From the UHGV virus genome UHGV-1336581: a stretch of 38,564 bases of DNA. One strand, given 5' to 3'. Below are positions 19,274 through 28,651 of this stretch, piece by piece. The notes beneath the pieces are model-generated. The model saw only the letters and a program-made list of their open reading frames with translations. It did not search any database and had not been told where the DNA came from. The stretch comes from a virus. The position numbers and the translations under genes were made by a program. Numbering within the stretch: position 1 is the first letter of the stretch; each line of letters opens with the position of its first letter.

Positions 19274-20488
19274 GTGAAACTCAATGCCCGTCAAATAGAC
19301 ACTGCCAAGCCAAAAGAGAAGGCTTACAAGCTGGCTGATGGTGGTGGTCTGTATCTCCTGGTAAAACCTAGTGGAGGAAAATACTGGCGCTTTAAATATC
19401 GTGTAGCTGGTAAAGAGAAGCTGTTAGCACTAGGTGTGTATCCTGAAGTTACCTTGGCTGATGCTCGTGCAAAACGTGAAGAAGCTAAAAGGGGTATCGC
19501 TGGGGGTATCGATCCGATGGAAGCGAAACGAGAGGAAAAGATTGCCCGGGAAACGCAGTTAAACAATACCTTCAAAGATATTGCCCTTGAGTGGCACAGC
19601 AGCAAATTAAAAAAATGGTCTGCTGGTTATGCTTCAGATATCCTCGAAGCCTTCAACAAAGATGTGTTCCCTTACATTGGCAAAAAACCAATTGCCGAAA
19701 TCAAACCACTTGAACTTCTGAATGTGCTGCGACGCATCGAGGGGCGCGGTGCTACAGAAAAAGCCAAAAAAGTGAGGCAGCGGTGCGGGGAAGTTTTCCG
19801 CTATGCAATAGTCACTGGTCGCGCAGAGTATAACCCTGCCCCAGATCTTACTAGCGCGATGCAAGGCCATGAATCTAATCATTATCCTTTCCTCACAGCC
19901 AAAGAATTGCCTGATTTTTTCAAGGCATTGTCCAGTTACTCAGGAAGTGCATTGGTTGTTATGGCGGCTCGTCTACTGATTATCACTGGTTTGCGAACTG
20001 GCGAACTGCGCGGTGCATTATGGGATGAAATCGATCTCAACAAGGCTATCTGGGAGATACCTGCTTCACGGATGAAAATGCGTCGCCCTCATGTGGTGCC
20101 TTTGTCTAAGCAGGCTCTTTCTCTTATTGGGCAGATTAAAGAATTAACTGGTAATTATCCGCTTATGTTTCCCGGCCGTAATGATCCAAGGAAAACAATG
20201 AGCGAGGCTAGCATAAACCAAGTATTTAAACGCATCGGCTATAACGGAAAGGTTACTGGTCATGGATTCCGGCACACCATGAGCACGATTTTACATGAGC
20301 AGGGCTATAACACCGCGTGGATAGAAACGCAGCTTGCACACGTTGATAAGAACTCAATTCGTGGCACGTACAATCATGCGCAATATCTGGACGGGCGGCG
20401 CGAGATGCTCCAGTGGTACGCCGACTATATGGATTCGCTCGAACATGGCGGTAACGTGGTGCATGGCAAGTTCGGAAAATGTGGATGA
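19274..20488 (+). CDS. int: Tyrosine integrase, P4-type (N-terminal arm-binding domain)
   Basis: LNARQIDTAKPKEKAYKLADGGGLYLLVKPSGGKYWRFKYRVAGKEKLLALGVYPEVTLADARAKREEAK is the P4-integrase N-terminal signature; C-terminal HxxR...Y catalytic region (GHGFRHTMSTIL...HV...RGTYNH); GTG start, adjacent to the tRNA fragment. Confidence 0.9.
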   Translation: MKLNARQIDTAKPKEKAYKLADGGGLYLLVKPSGGKYWRFKYRVAGKEKLLALGVYPEVTLADARAKREEAKRGIAGGIDPMEAKREEKIARETQLNNTFKDIALEWHSSKLKKWSAGYASDILEAFNKDVFPYIGKKPIAEIKPLELLNVLRRIEGRGATEKAKKVRQRCGEVFRYAIVTGRAEYNPAPDLTSAMQGHESNHYPFLTAKELPDFFKALSSYSGSALVVMAARLLIITGLRTGELRGALWDEIDLNKAIWEIPASRMKMRRPHVVPLSKQALSLIGQIKELTGNYPLMFPGRNDPRKTMSEASINQVFKRIGYNGKVTGHGFRHTMSTILHEQGYNTAWIETQLAHVDKNSIRGTYNHAQYLDGRREMLQWYADYMDSLEHGGNVVHGKFGKCG

Positions 20489-20610
20489 CTGGTTGCGTAT
20501 ACAGTAGTAGACTTTGAGCGACGAAAGAAAAGGCTGTGTCTAGGGTCGCTCCCGAAAATCCGTACACCTCGACGGACTGGTACAGCCACTACAGTAGAGG
20601 ACGCTGAGGT

Positions 20611-21414
20611 GTGCGTATGATTGATATTCATGCCGAATTAAACGAATACAAAAAAGATTTTATTTCTTTACGTGAATTTCTTGAGGTCGTGCTTAAGGTC
20701 GCTGGTGATGATTATGATGTTTCAGATGTCATAACTTGGATACTCAGGAGAATAAGCGGAGAACATATCCGCCTGTACACAGTAAATGAATTTAAGCTGT
20801 TGGAATCTTTTTGTAACCCGTATCGGGATGAATTTGATTATGATGTTCTTTATAGAAATCTGAATGCGGTTCGGAAACGTGGTTGTTTACCTGGTGAGAG
20901 GGATGAAAATGGTTTTCTGGTGTCCGGTTATTGGGAAGATCCCGAATTTGAGAACATTGGATTTATAAGGGGTGAAATTTTCGCAATTTTTCCCGATGTC
21001 CTTGACGCGTTAACGAAGCTGGAAGGCGCTAACTCTTCTGAAAATGACGAGGCACAAGGACGCGATATTGAAAAGAAAGAGTTGCGTACAGAGGATGATT
21101 TATTATCCCAAATCGCAATGCTGGAAAAAGAAAACGCAGAGTTAAGGGCAAGGATAGAGCAGTTAGAGCAAGAGCGCCCGATACACTTATATAAATACTG
21201 GGATAAAGACCCATTAGCTAAGGCTATTGAGATTAGAAACAGAGAGTGGGCCAATTACGATCCAGAAAATGATTTTGCCACCAGGGGAAATCAAGAAGCG
21301 ATAACCAGGGAGCTTAAGCAGTGGGGGGCAAGTAATGCACTTGCAACGCTCATAGAGAGGACTGCCTGCCCTATTAACCGAGACAACAGCCAAAAGAACG
21401 CAAAGCCGGATTAA
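20611..21414 (+). CDS. Hypothetical protein (coiled-coil segment)
   Basis: 267-codon ORF between int and alpA with a heptad-like stretch (LSQIAMLEKENAELRARIEQLEQE); no family recognised. Confidence 0.5.
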   Translation: MRMIDIHAELNEYKKDFISLREFLEVVLKVAGDDYDVSDVITWILRRISGEHIRLYTVNEFKLLESFCNPYRDEFDYDVLYRNLNAVRKRGCLPGERDENGFLVSGYWEDPEFENIGFIRGEIFAIFPDVLDALTKLEGANSSENDEAQGRDIEKKELRTEDDLLSQIAMLEKENAELRARIEQLEQERPIHLYKYWDKDPLAKAIEIRNREWANYDPENDFATRGNQEAITRELKQWGASNALATLIERTACPINRDNSQKNAKPD

Positions 21415-21428
21415 CGCACCATACCGCA

Positions 21429-21572
21429 TACCCTGAGGGTGATTTACTGTTACCCTGAGGGTATTTTTTTATCTTCCCCGTCAATTTTACCATCACCCTT
21501 AGGGTAGATTTCCTCCCGATTACCATCACCCTTAGGGTTAATTTCCTTCCGGTAACCATTAGGCCTGAGGGT
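21429..21572. promoter_or_regulatory. Five copies of interrupted palindrome (A)CCCT(G/T)AGGG(T) upstream of alpA; candidate operator array
   Basis: TACCCTGAGGGT at about 21429 and 21451, CACCCTTAGGGT at about 21494 and 21527, GCCTGAGGGT at about 21562. Confidence 0.45.
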
Positions 21573-21641
21573 ATGAAAATATTCGTTATTTCTGTGCCAT
21601 GATTACCTCGTCAAATTGAGTAGACGTTATGAGGTAAATAT

Positions 21642-21839
21642 ATGTCAAATACGCTTATTCGTTTAACAGAAGTTCAGCGTAGAACTGGATATAGCAAGGC
21701 ATGGATTTATCACCTTATGGGGCAAGGTAAATTTCCTGCATCAGTTAAAATTGGCTCGCGAGCTATTGCTTTCGTTGAGAGTGAAATTGACGAGTGGATT
21801 AATCAGCGTATTGCGGAATCACGCGGAACAGCTACCTGA
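21642..21839 (+). CDS. alpA: AlpA-family transcriptional regulator
   Basis: 65-aa HTH protein, LIRLTEVQRRTGYSKAWIYHLMGQGKFPASVKIGSRAIAFVESEIDEWI matches the AlpA/prophage CP4-57 regulator family. Confidence 0.85.
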   Translation: MSNTLIRLTEVQRRTGYSKAWIYHLMGQGKFPASVKIGSRAIAFVESEIDEWINQRIAESRGTAT

Positions 21840-21916
21840 TTAAATGGCTACGGGGCTATTGCCCCCAGCTATCCACCAGCAAATAAAAGTAACTTAATTC
21901 GATAGCAGGAGTTTTT

Positions 21917-22717
21917 ATGAAATTTCCAAAAACGCCCGTACAGGGGCGGGGCTTCGTTCGGCCTGAAAACCAGAATCTGCAAAATTTCGGCGAAATTATC
22001 CCGATTATTTCCGGCGTTATTGGCGGGAGTGAAACCACTATTGTTAGCGCCAGAGCGTTACATAAGGCGTTAGGTGTAGGGCGCGTTTTCCGTTCGTGGA
22101 TCAAGGGGCGCATTGAAGAATACGGGTTCACGGAAGGCGTGGATTATGAGGTTGTTGAATATTTGAGCCGACCCGATCCGGTGAGCGCAAAATCTCGCCA
22201 GCAAACCGCTCTTGAGTACATCATCACAGTGAACATGGCGAAAGAACTGGCGATGGTCGAACGTACCGAACAGGGCCGCGCCGTTCGCCAGTACTTTATC
22301 AAATGCGAGGAGGAGCTACACAAGGTTGCGCCTGTTCGTTCCGCAGCGTTACGCCGGGAACTGAAAGCCCGTATCACAGTTGCCAGCTACTTTAAGCCAA
22401 TGTGTGCCGCGCTGGAGGCGTACCGGGCTGAACTGGGTAAAAACACACTCCAGCACCACTACACCACGGAAGCGAGCATGCTGGCGCGTATCGTGCTGGG
22501 TGGCATGACTGCAAAACAGTGGGCACTGGCGAACGGCATTACAGGCGAACCACGCGACCACATGAGCACGTTGCAGCTTGAGCACCTTTCTTACCTTGAG
22601 CAGAGCAATATCACGCTGATTGAGTTAGGCCAGGACTACCACCAGCGGAAGGCTGAATTAATTCGTCTTTCGCAGCGTTGGTTAGCCCGTCGCATGGAGG
22701 AAAACAGCCATGTGTAA
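21917..22717 (+). CDS. Phage antirepressor-like DNA-binding protein (Ant/Rha/KilA-N-type N-terminal domain)
   Basis: N-terminal TIVSARALHKALGVGRVFRSWIKGRIEEYGFTEGVDYEV resembles antirepressor-type DNA-binding domains; domain assignment is tentative. Confidence 0.45.
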   Translation: MKFPKTPVQGRGFVRPENQNLQNFGEIIPIISGVIGGSETTIVSARALHKALGVGRVFRSWIKGRIEEYGFTEGVDYEVVEYLSRPDPVSAKSRQQTALEYIITVNMAKELAMVERTEQGRAVRQYFIKCEEELHKVAPVRSAALRRELKARITVASYFKPMCAALEAYRAELGKNTLQHHYTTEASMLARIVLGGMTAKQWALANGITGEPRDHMSTLQLEHLSYLEQSNITLIELGQDYHQRKAELIRLSQRWLARRMEENSHV

Positions 22718-23430
22718 CGCTCTGACCGTTACAAAAAGAGAAAGCGCCCCGTTGCCGGAGCGCCTTTGTGAACGAATAGCCTACTGCGCCATATTGCTTA
22801 CTGTCTACGAGGCAGATTATAGCGTTGTGGTCGCACAGAGTGAAGGCGCTGATCACCGTTACTACAGCACGCCAGAAATGCAGAATATTTTGCTGCAAAA
22901 TGTCGTTGATCACACTGTCCGAAAAGCAAAAAATTTTGCTGGTGGCGCGACTGATGCGATTTTGTCAGGTCGCCAGGTGCTGATCAATCTGATGTCTGAT
23001 TTCGTTCTGGATAAAACAAAGGCGACCGCAGAGGGCCGCCAGTGGGAAAGCTACATACTTGAACGCATCGCCAACAATGCCAGATTTGCGGCTGGTGGGC
23101 AATGTGTCAGCTTTGCACCAATGACTCTATGTTTAACTGAGGGTCATTATGGTGAATATGCTGGCTTGCTGGTGGGCTATTCCTGCTCTTTAACATCGCC
23201 ATGCCGCGATGTTTTCCAGGTATGCGATCCCATTTTTGTGCGCCTGTACTCTTTAAGGAATTTCTCAAGGATAAACGCACAGGGCGCGAATCTGTTTGAC
23301 TCATGCTCGTACGCTATCTTTCTGCGCTGTCTTTTCCGTGCCGGTGATGGTGTATTGGTTGATTCTTTGTTGGTCATGGCGCTGCCCTGTAAAACGATGC
23401 ACCGTAGTCCCTCACACCACGGCGCTGGTG
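22710..23430 (+). CDS. Hypothetical protein, probably disrupted (5' part of a 485-codon open frame)
   Basis: First ~150 codons look protein-like; downstream the same frame becomes Cys/Ser/Arg-rich and runs through a convergent minus-strand gene and a divergent promoter region without a stop. End coordinate is arbitrary. Confidence 0.3.
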
Positions 23431-23434
23431 ATGG

Positions 23435-23614
23435 TTACTCCTGTTCTTTGGCCTTGCGGCGCTGGCGGCGTTTGATCTCGCCTTTTGCAGCAGTAACTAA
23501 AAAACCAGCGGTACTTTCGCCAGGTTCTTTAAGTTGCTCAATATCATCCATTACTTCATGTGGGATTCTGACAGTTGTCATTTGTGATTTTGCGTTCTTT
23601 GCACCAGTTGCCAT
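23435..23614 (-). CDS. Small ribbon-helix-helix-like DNA-binding protein
   Basis: MATGAKNAKSQMTTVRIPHEVMDDIEQLKEPGESTAGFLVTAAKGEIKRRQRRKAKEQE has a beta-strand/helix pattern like CopG/Arc; divergent from the gene starting at 23802. Confidence 0.4.
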   Translation of the reverse strand: MATGAKNAKSQMTTVRIPHEVMDDIEQLKEPGESTAGFLVTAAKGEIKRRQRRKAKEQE

Positions 23615-23801
23615 TTCTGGATCTCCTAAAAATTGGTGTATGTCAGTATACGCAAAAAAAATGATAAAAAAAGGCTTGAAGTGTATTTCACCAGTAAGTA
23701 AATTAAAAAGCAAAGGTGAAATACACCTAAAAGAGCAACGCCCCGCAGTGCTCGCAACACATGCAGGGCGTCTAACCAAACCGTTAAATGAGGTAACGAT
23801 T

Positions 23802-24167
23802 ATGGCTGGAACACAGCATACTCAAACTCACCCTAAATTTATATACACCTTCCTGGCGGTGCACCGTGATTGCATGGCTGACGGTAAAAACACTGTACAC
23901 GTAGCCGCCGATACGCTGGTTGATGCCTGCAAGATGCTCAATGACATGGGCTATATCTCGGCAACATGGAAAGGGCGCGAAGAAAACACGCTGTTTATTC
24001 AGAAATGCGAAAACAATTTTATATGGCGTTTTATCGCCCTGAGTACGGCACAACCGCGCGTGATTCACATCGAGGCCACCAGCGAACAGGAAGCACGCCA
24101 GCAATCTCCTGATGGCTGCGTGATGGTATTCACTGCCCGTATTCGCCAGGAGGTGGAGCATGTGTAA
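23802..24167 (+). CDS. Hypothetical protein
   Basis: Internal ATG of the long open frame, preceded by GAGGTAACGATT (RBS-like) and a divergent AT-rich promoter region; 122 codons; stop overlaps next start. Confidence 0.5.
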   Translation: MAGTQHTQTHPKFIYTFLAVHRDCMADGKNTVHVAADTLVDACKMLNDMGYISATWKGREENTLFIQKCENNFIWRFIALSTAQPRVIHIEATSEQEARQQSPDGCVMVFTARIRQEVEHV

Positions 24168-24384
24168 TGCAACATGGCCTGATGCAGCGGTAGACACTAT
24201 CAAAACGCTGATGGATTCACTTATTGAGATTTCTGCTATCGCTGGTGTGGCGCATAAACACGCAGCCAGAGAATCAGAATGCATCTTCCATTATTTAGCA
24301 TTTGTGCAGCTAAAAGCCGATCAGGCACTGGATAAGGCCGGAAAAATTATCATGGCTGATGTGCAGGAGGTGCACTATGCATAA
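24160..24384 (+). CDS. Hypothetical small protein
   Basis: 74 codons, start overlaps upstream stop, stop overlaps downstream start. Confidence 0.45.
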   Translation: MCNATWPDAAVDTIKTLMDSLIEISAIAGVAHKHAARESECIFHYLAFVQLKADQALDKAGKIIMADVQEVHYA

Positions 24385-24742
24385 CCTGTCAATTTCTGAC
24401 CTTAACAGCATTCAGTTTGACGAGAAATTTACCGGGCAGTTGCTGGTCAATGTGGAGAACGGGCGCATAGTGCGTAATTATCACCTGCCGGATGGTGCAA
24501 TTGCCGGAAGCGTTGAAGCATTGCTGGAACTGGCGGAACGTGCGCGACTGATTAAGCCGTCAACGAGTCATCACGATGATGATCTGCATTTTACCGGACG
24601 TATGGTGAGTCACTACGAAAACGGCGTCGAGGTATCCTGCGAACGGCTGCGTGATGATTGCTGTTTCGGCACACTGCCGGAATTTATCGAGTTGCTGACC
24701 AGTTGCGGTTATCAGGTCATTCAGGGGGGTAAACATGCGTGA
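24377..24742 (+). CDS. Hypothetical protein (paralogue of the 24961 gene)
   Basis: ATG preceded by AGGAGG; N-terminus MHNLSISDLNSIQFDEKFTGQLLVNVENGRIV resembles the 24961 protein. Confidence 0.5.
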   Translation: MHNLSISDLNSIQFDEKFTGQLLVNVENGRIVRNYHLPDGAIAGSVEALLELAERARLIKPSTSHHDDDLHFTGRMVSHYENGVEVSCERLRDDCCFGTLPEFIELLTSCGYQVIQGGKHA

Positions 24743-24968
24743 TGATCGTTTTAATTCCCTGAAACGGGAATTTGATGGCGCACAGGAAGATGCAGCGGGC
24801 GCATTGTTGAGCGTTGCTGACATGATGAAAGCTGCATATTTTCTTATCAATACCAGTGGCTACAAGTCAGAGGGTGAAATGATTCTTAGTATTGCGTCAG
24901 ACTATGCGGAATATGTGGCAGAGACGCGTTACAGAAGAAAATTCACGGAGGATGTAAGCCATGCATAA
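24735..24968 (+). CDS. Hypothetical small protein
   Basis: 77 codons, overlapping stops and starts in the operon. Confidence 0.45.
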   Translation: MRDDRFNSLKREFDGAQEDAAGALLSVADMMKAAYFLINTSGYKSEGEMILSIASDYAEYVAETRYRRKFTEDVSHA

Positions 24969-25161
24969 TCATGAAGCGCATGTACCCGTAGTGCTTAATG
25001 TGCCAGATGATTTCACCGGACGCGTACTGGTTTACCTAGATAAAGGGAAAGTGAAATCACAATGCCGACTGAAAAGTAATGAGATTGTTGGTTCTCCTGA
25101 ATTTTTTTCTGAACTTTGTATTCGTGCGGAAATAAAACCGGAACTGCTGACAGGAAAATAA
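24961..25161 (+). CDS. Hypothetical small protein (paralogue of the 24377 gene N-terminus)
   Basis: MHNHEAHVPVVLNVPDDFTGRVLVYLDKGKV shows the same MHN...DxFTGxxLVxxxxGxV pattern as the 24377 protein. Confidence 0.45.
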   Translation: MHNHEAHVPVVLNVPDDFTGRVLVYLDKGKVKSQCRLKSNEIVGSPEFFSELCIRAEIKPELLTGK

Positions 25162-25165
25162 AACC

Positions 25166-25456
25166 ATGAAAAAGAAAAATTCTGGCTTTACTGCCAGCGG
25201 TCTCTCTCGGCCTGAAATCAGACACGGAGATATTTACCGCGACACCAGACGTGGGGGACGAGTGGTTATTCGTCACGTTACGCCAGGCAATATCACCTAC
25301 CGCCGTGAGGCTTACGAATATGACTGCGTAATGCCGCGCCGTCAGTTTGAGCGTGATTTTATTCTGGTTGAAAACAAACAACAGGCGGTGGCGAGACGTG
25401 CAGCCACGAATATTAAAAAAATCCGGGCAATGTTGGTTGCGGGAGGTAAGAAGTGA
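25166..25456 (+). CDS. Hypothetical small basic protein
   Basis: 96 codons; stop overlaps the start of the helicase-like gene. Confidence 0.45.
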   Translation: MKKKNSGFTASGLSRPEIRHGDIYRDTRRGGRVVIRHVTPGNITYRREAYEYDCVMPRRQFERDFILVENKQQAVARRAATNIKKIRAMLVAGGKK

Positions 25457-26865
25457 AAAACGCACCGAATTTAAAATATCAGCCGAAGGATAAATTCACC
25501 GAGGTAATCATTTTTGCCGGGACGGATGCTTACGCCCATGCTCAACACTGGATTGAAAGCGAAGGACGAAAACACGGCGATAACGTACCACCTGTTTACC
25601 TGGGGCCAAAGCAACTGGCAGACCTGGCGAATATCCGCATTGTCGACGATGAACGCCGCTTTGCGCGTGTCTATCTCGCGGGGGAGATCGAACCAATCCA
25701 GATCAATGCTATCGCTGAAAAGCTGGCGCTGGCTGGCGTACAGGAGGCGAAATTATACAAAGGTATCACCGACGGGGAGCCGGAGAACTGGCACGACTAC
25801 CTGCAACGGATCCGCGAACAGGCTGAGCGCGGGGAAATACTTACTGACGAGCAATACAGCCAGCGAAAAACCACGCTACCAATGAGCATTGGATCGGAAG
25901 GATATGATTCACAGCTTAGCTATGTAGTTAAGGGCGTGATTCCGGCTAATTCGCTATGTAGCACATACGGTGCGAGCGGTTCTTATAAGTCGTTCCTTGC
26001 GTGTTCGTGGGCGTGTCATGTTGCTACCGGTATCCCGTGGGGAGGTCGCAGGGTTGTACATGGTGCGGTGATGTATGTCGTTGGTGAGGGCGGGATCGGT
26101 GTTCCTCGTCGTATCAAGGCATGGGAACTGGTGAACAGTGAGCAGGTGAAAAATCTATACCTGGTAAATCGTCCAATTTTTCCGGCCGCACCGGGTGATG
26201 TTGATGAAATGGTTATTGCTGCCCGACAGGTTGAGCAGGAAACGGGTAAACCTGTACGCATGATTATTCTGGATACTCTGGCGCGTTGCTTTGGTGGCAG
26301 CGATGAAAATGATGCGCGGGATATGGGGGCATTTGTCCATGGATGTGACGAACTGAAACGACGTACAGGCGCTACAGTGCTGGTAATTCACCATTCCGGC
26401 AAGGATGAAACAAAGGGTGCGCGCGGTTCCAGTGCGTTTCGTGCAGCACTGGATGCAGAATACCGGATACGCCGTGAAGGTGCAGGCAGTGAAGCCCTGG
26501 TTATCGCATGTACCAAGATGAAGGATGCGGAGGAACTGAAAGAAATGGCTTGCGATTTGCGCGAGGTTGAGCTTTTCAAGGATGAGGGCGGGGAGTTAAT
26601 CACGTCGCTGGTGCTGGAGGATAAGCCCCGTCCGCCGGTTGAACTGGAGCGCATCGAGGAAGCTGGGAACAAGACGGAGAATCACGCCGCACTATGGGGT
26701 TGTATTCGTTCACGCACGCAACGCGGAGATAAATGTACTATTCCGTTGTTGCGCGATGACATGAAAAAGCTGGGGTATGAGATGAAAAACTTCCGGCGCT
26801 GGCTGTACAAGCTGGAAGGTGACGGCGTAATCGCTATTGACGGTGATGATGTGCGCCCACTGTAA
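25453..26865 (+). CDS. RecA-fold AAA ATPase, replicative helicase-like (RepA/DnaB-type)
   Basis: Walker A GASGSYKS, Walker B-like MIILDTLARCFGG, and VIHHSGKDETKGARGSSA typical of RepA/AAA_25-type helicase-ATPases of integrative elements. Confidence 0.7.
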   Translation: MKNAPNLKYQPKDKFTEVIIFAGTDAYAHAQHWIESEGRKHGDNVPPVYLGPKQLADLANIRIVDDERRFARVYLAGEIEPIQINAIAEKLALAGVQEAKLYKGITDGEPENWHDYLQRIREQAERGEILTDEQYSQRKTTLPMSIGSEGYDSQLSYVVKGVIPANSLCSTYGASGSYKSFLACSWACHVATGIPWGGRRVVHGAVMYVVGEGGIGVPRRIKAWELVNSEQVKNLYLVNRPIFPAAPGDVDEMVIAARQVEQETGKPVRMIILDTLARCFGGSDENDARDMGAFVHGCDELKRRTGATVLVIHHSGKDETKGARGSSAFRAALDAEYRIRREGAGSEALVIACTKMKDAEELKEMACDLREVELFKDEGGELITSLVLEDKPRPPVELERIEEAGNKTENHAALWGCIRSRTQRGDKCTIPLLRDDMKKLGYEMKNFRRWLYKLEGDGVIAIDGDDVRPL

Positions 26866-27266
26866 AAAGTGAAGCGTAAAAGTGAGGGGGGAAGGGAATA
26901 TTTAAAAATCATCCCTGTTTTCCTCACTTTCTCACCTGTATATAGATCAAAAAATGAGGAATTAAAAAAACATTGCAAAACAACATATTACAACAATAAA
27001 GAAAACGACTGAGGAGCAGAACAAGAATAACAAAAAGTGAGGAACAAAAGTGAGGAATGGTGAGTTAATAGAAATGAGGTAATAAAAATAACAGGTAGGT
27101 TAAAAAACATACCATGCAAGATATTAACTAAAACTTAACTATTTACCTCACTTTTGCGTATATATAAGGATTAAAAAGTGAGTGCTTAAAAATATATTTA
27201 AAATCATATTGTTATTAACTTCATAAATTCTCACTGCGCAGCAGGTGAGGAATTAAAAAATCAGGA
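26866..27266. repeat. AT-rich iteron region (many copies of AGTGAGG / TGAGGAA in both orientations); candidate replication origin
   Basis: Repeated AAAGTGAGG(G/A/T), GGTGAGGAATT, AATGAGGAATT, and inverted CCTCACTTT within about 400 bp directly downstream of the helicase-like gene. Confidence 0.4.
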
Positions 27267-27917
27267 ATGTTAAAAATGAAAACAGAACGTTACATACCTC
27301 AGGGTATGACTTACATAGAGCGTGAAGAGCTGAAAAGTTTTGCGACATCATGTGGACTATGCGGCGATATTCACCGCTTTACCAGAACTCTGATCATGAT
27401 TGCGCACTGGATGCGACAGGGACAGAGCGTAAGTTTTACAGAATATGCCGGGCGGTGGTTGTGGCCACGAATAATACGCCGATGATTTTTACCGAACACG
27501 CCGGAAGCGTTGCCCGTCGCCGTGTTATTTTCCAGTTTAACTGTCGCGTCAGTGAGGAAGATAAGGACCCCGGAAAAAGAGCGGGCGCTGCTGCTGAGGA
27601 AACGGAACAGCAAAGAGGCACTGGAGGTAAAGCTGTACGCCTTCTGTGACCACCTGAAGCGGCTAGCTGATTGCGTGGGAATGCTGGTGGATTATGCCGG
27701 TAAGGTTGCTGCGCCAAATACTCAGATGGATGCTTTATTCTGCGGCATGGTCGGCGAACTGACTAACCTACGCGTCATGGCGCAGCGGGCAGAAGTAGAG
27801 GCAGAATTGCTTGACGTTATCCGCAACGATCCGGATTTTAACGAACAGGCAAAAAACCGCAGAGCGGGTGGAATCTGGACACGCTTAAATCCTTTACTCG
27901 TGGTGTGTCTGCCGTAA
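27267..27917 (+). pseudogene. Decayed P4-alpha/D5-type primase-helicase C-terminal remnant (fragments in three frames)
   Basis: Three overlapping partial ORFs in different frames; one carries VVVATNNTPMIFTEHAGSVARRRVIFQFN, resembling the conserved C-terminal motif of D5/P4-alpha helicases. Tentative. Confidence 0.35.
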
Positions 27918-28304
27918 GCAAGCAGACTGCAAACATTCTCGATTATCTGATGAACAGATTCTCACCGGTTAAACCACTGGCATCTGATGATGTTCAGGCA
28001 TTCGGTAGGTTCGAGCGCAGCAGTCAGGAAAATGCTGCTGTCGATGTACAGCGGAAAGTAGCAGGAACTGTCTGATGCATTACTACGGGCTCCTGGACTC
28101 GATATGGAGCAGCTGAAACGTCTCGCATTTTCACGAATCATGTCTGAGAACGGGCAGGTTATTAGTGCAGTTGCCGCTCTTAAAACATGACTTAGCTTGA
28201 GAACGAATCAACAAGTTAGAGAAAAATCACCCCTAACAGCTTAAAATTTACATAAAAAGACTTTGACTTCTTATAATTGCTGCTATTATCAGCATAAGAA
28301 AAAT

Positions 28305-28334
28305 AAAACCTCGCCAGACAGCGGGGTTTTTCTG
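28305..28334 (+). terminator. Rho-independent terminator
   Basis: AAAACCTCGC-CAGACA-GCGGGGTTTT hairpin (10-bp stem, one mismatch) followed by a T run. Confidence 0.5.
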
Positions 28335-28408
28335 TCTAAAAAGAACTATAAAAACAACATGTAGTGTCGAAGCATTGACGCAAGCACTACATTTAGCGGA
28401 GTACTAAC

Positions 28409-28633
28409 ATGGCTGAAATCAATTACGAAAAAATTCTCTTGGAAACGGGACTTGTGGCATCAAATACTTCAGGTATCCAGTTCCCACAACAATTTGGCGC
28501 AATGAGCCATGAGTTCGGCGGCTTAAGCGGTGTTGCAAGTTTTTCTCATCAACATGAGATGACTAAGCTTAAGTGTTCTACCAGAACAACTGGCTACTCA
28601 ACTTTGCATGTAAGCACCACTACAAAAGCTTAA
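28409..28633 (+). CDS. Hypothetical small protein (upstream partner of the protease gene)
   Basis: 74 codons, 18-nt gap before the protease gene; no family recognised. Confidence 0.4.
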   Translation: MAEINYEKILLETGLVASNTSGIQFPQQFGAMSHEFGGLSGVASFSHQHEMTKLKCSTRTTGYSTLHVSTTTKA

Positions 28634-28651
28634 CAAGGACGTTACCATCCC

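Noticed and set aside
22710-24167. Single 485-aa protein
   Set aside because: The frame crosses a convergent gene and a promoter region and contains low-complexity Cys/Ser-rich translation; better explained as a decayed gene plus a separate downstream gene.
26866-27266. CRISPR array (because of repeated short motifs)
   Set aside because: Repeats are short (7-9 bp), irregularly spaced and in both orientations, with no regular repeat-spacer periodicity; no cas genes nearby.
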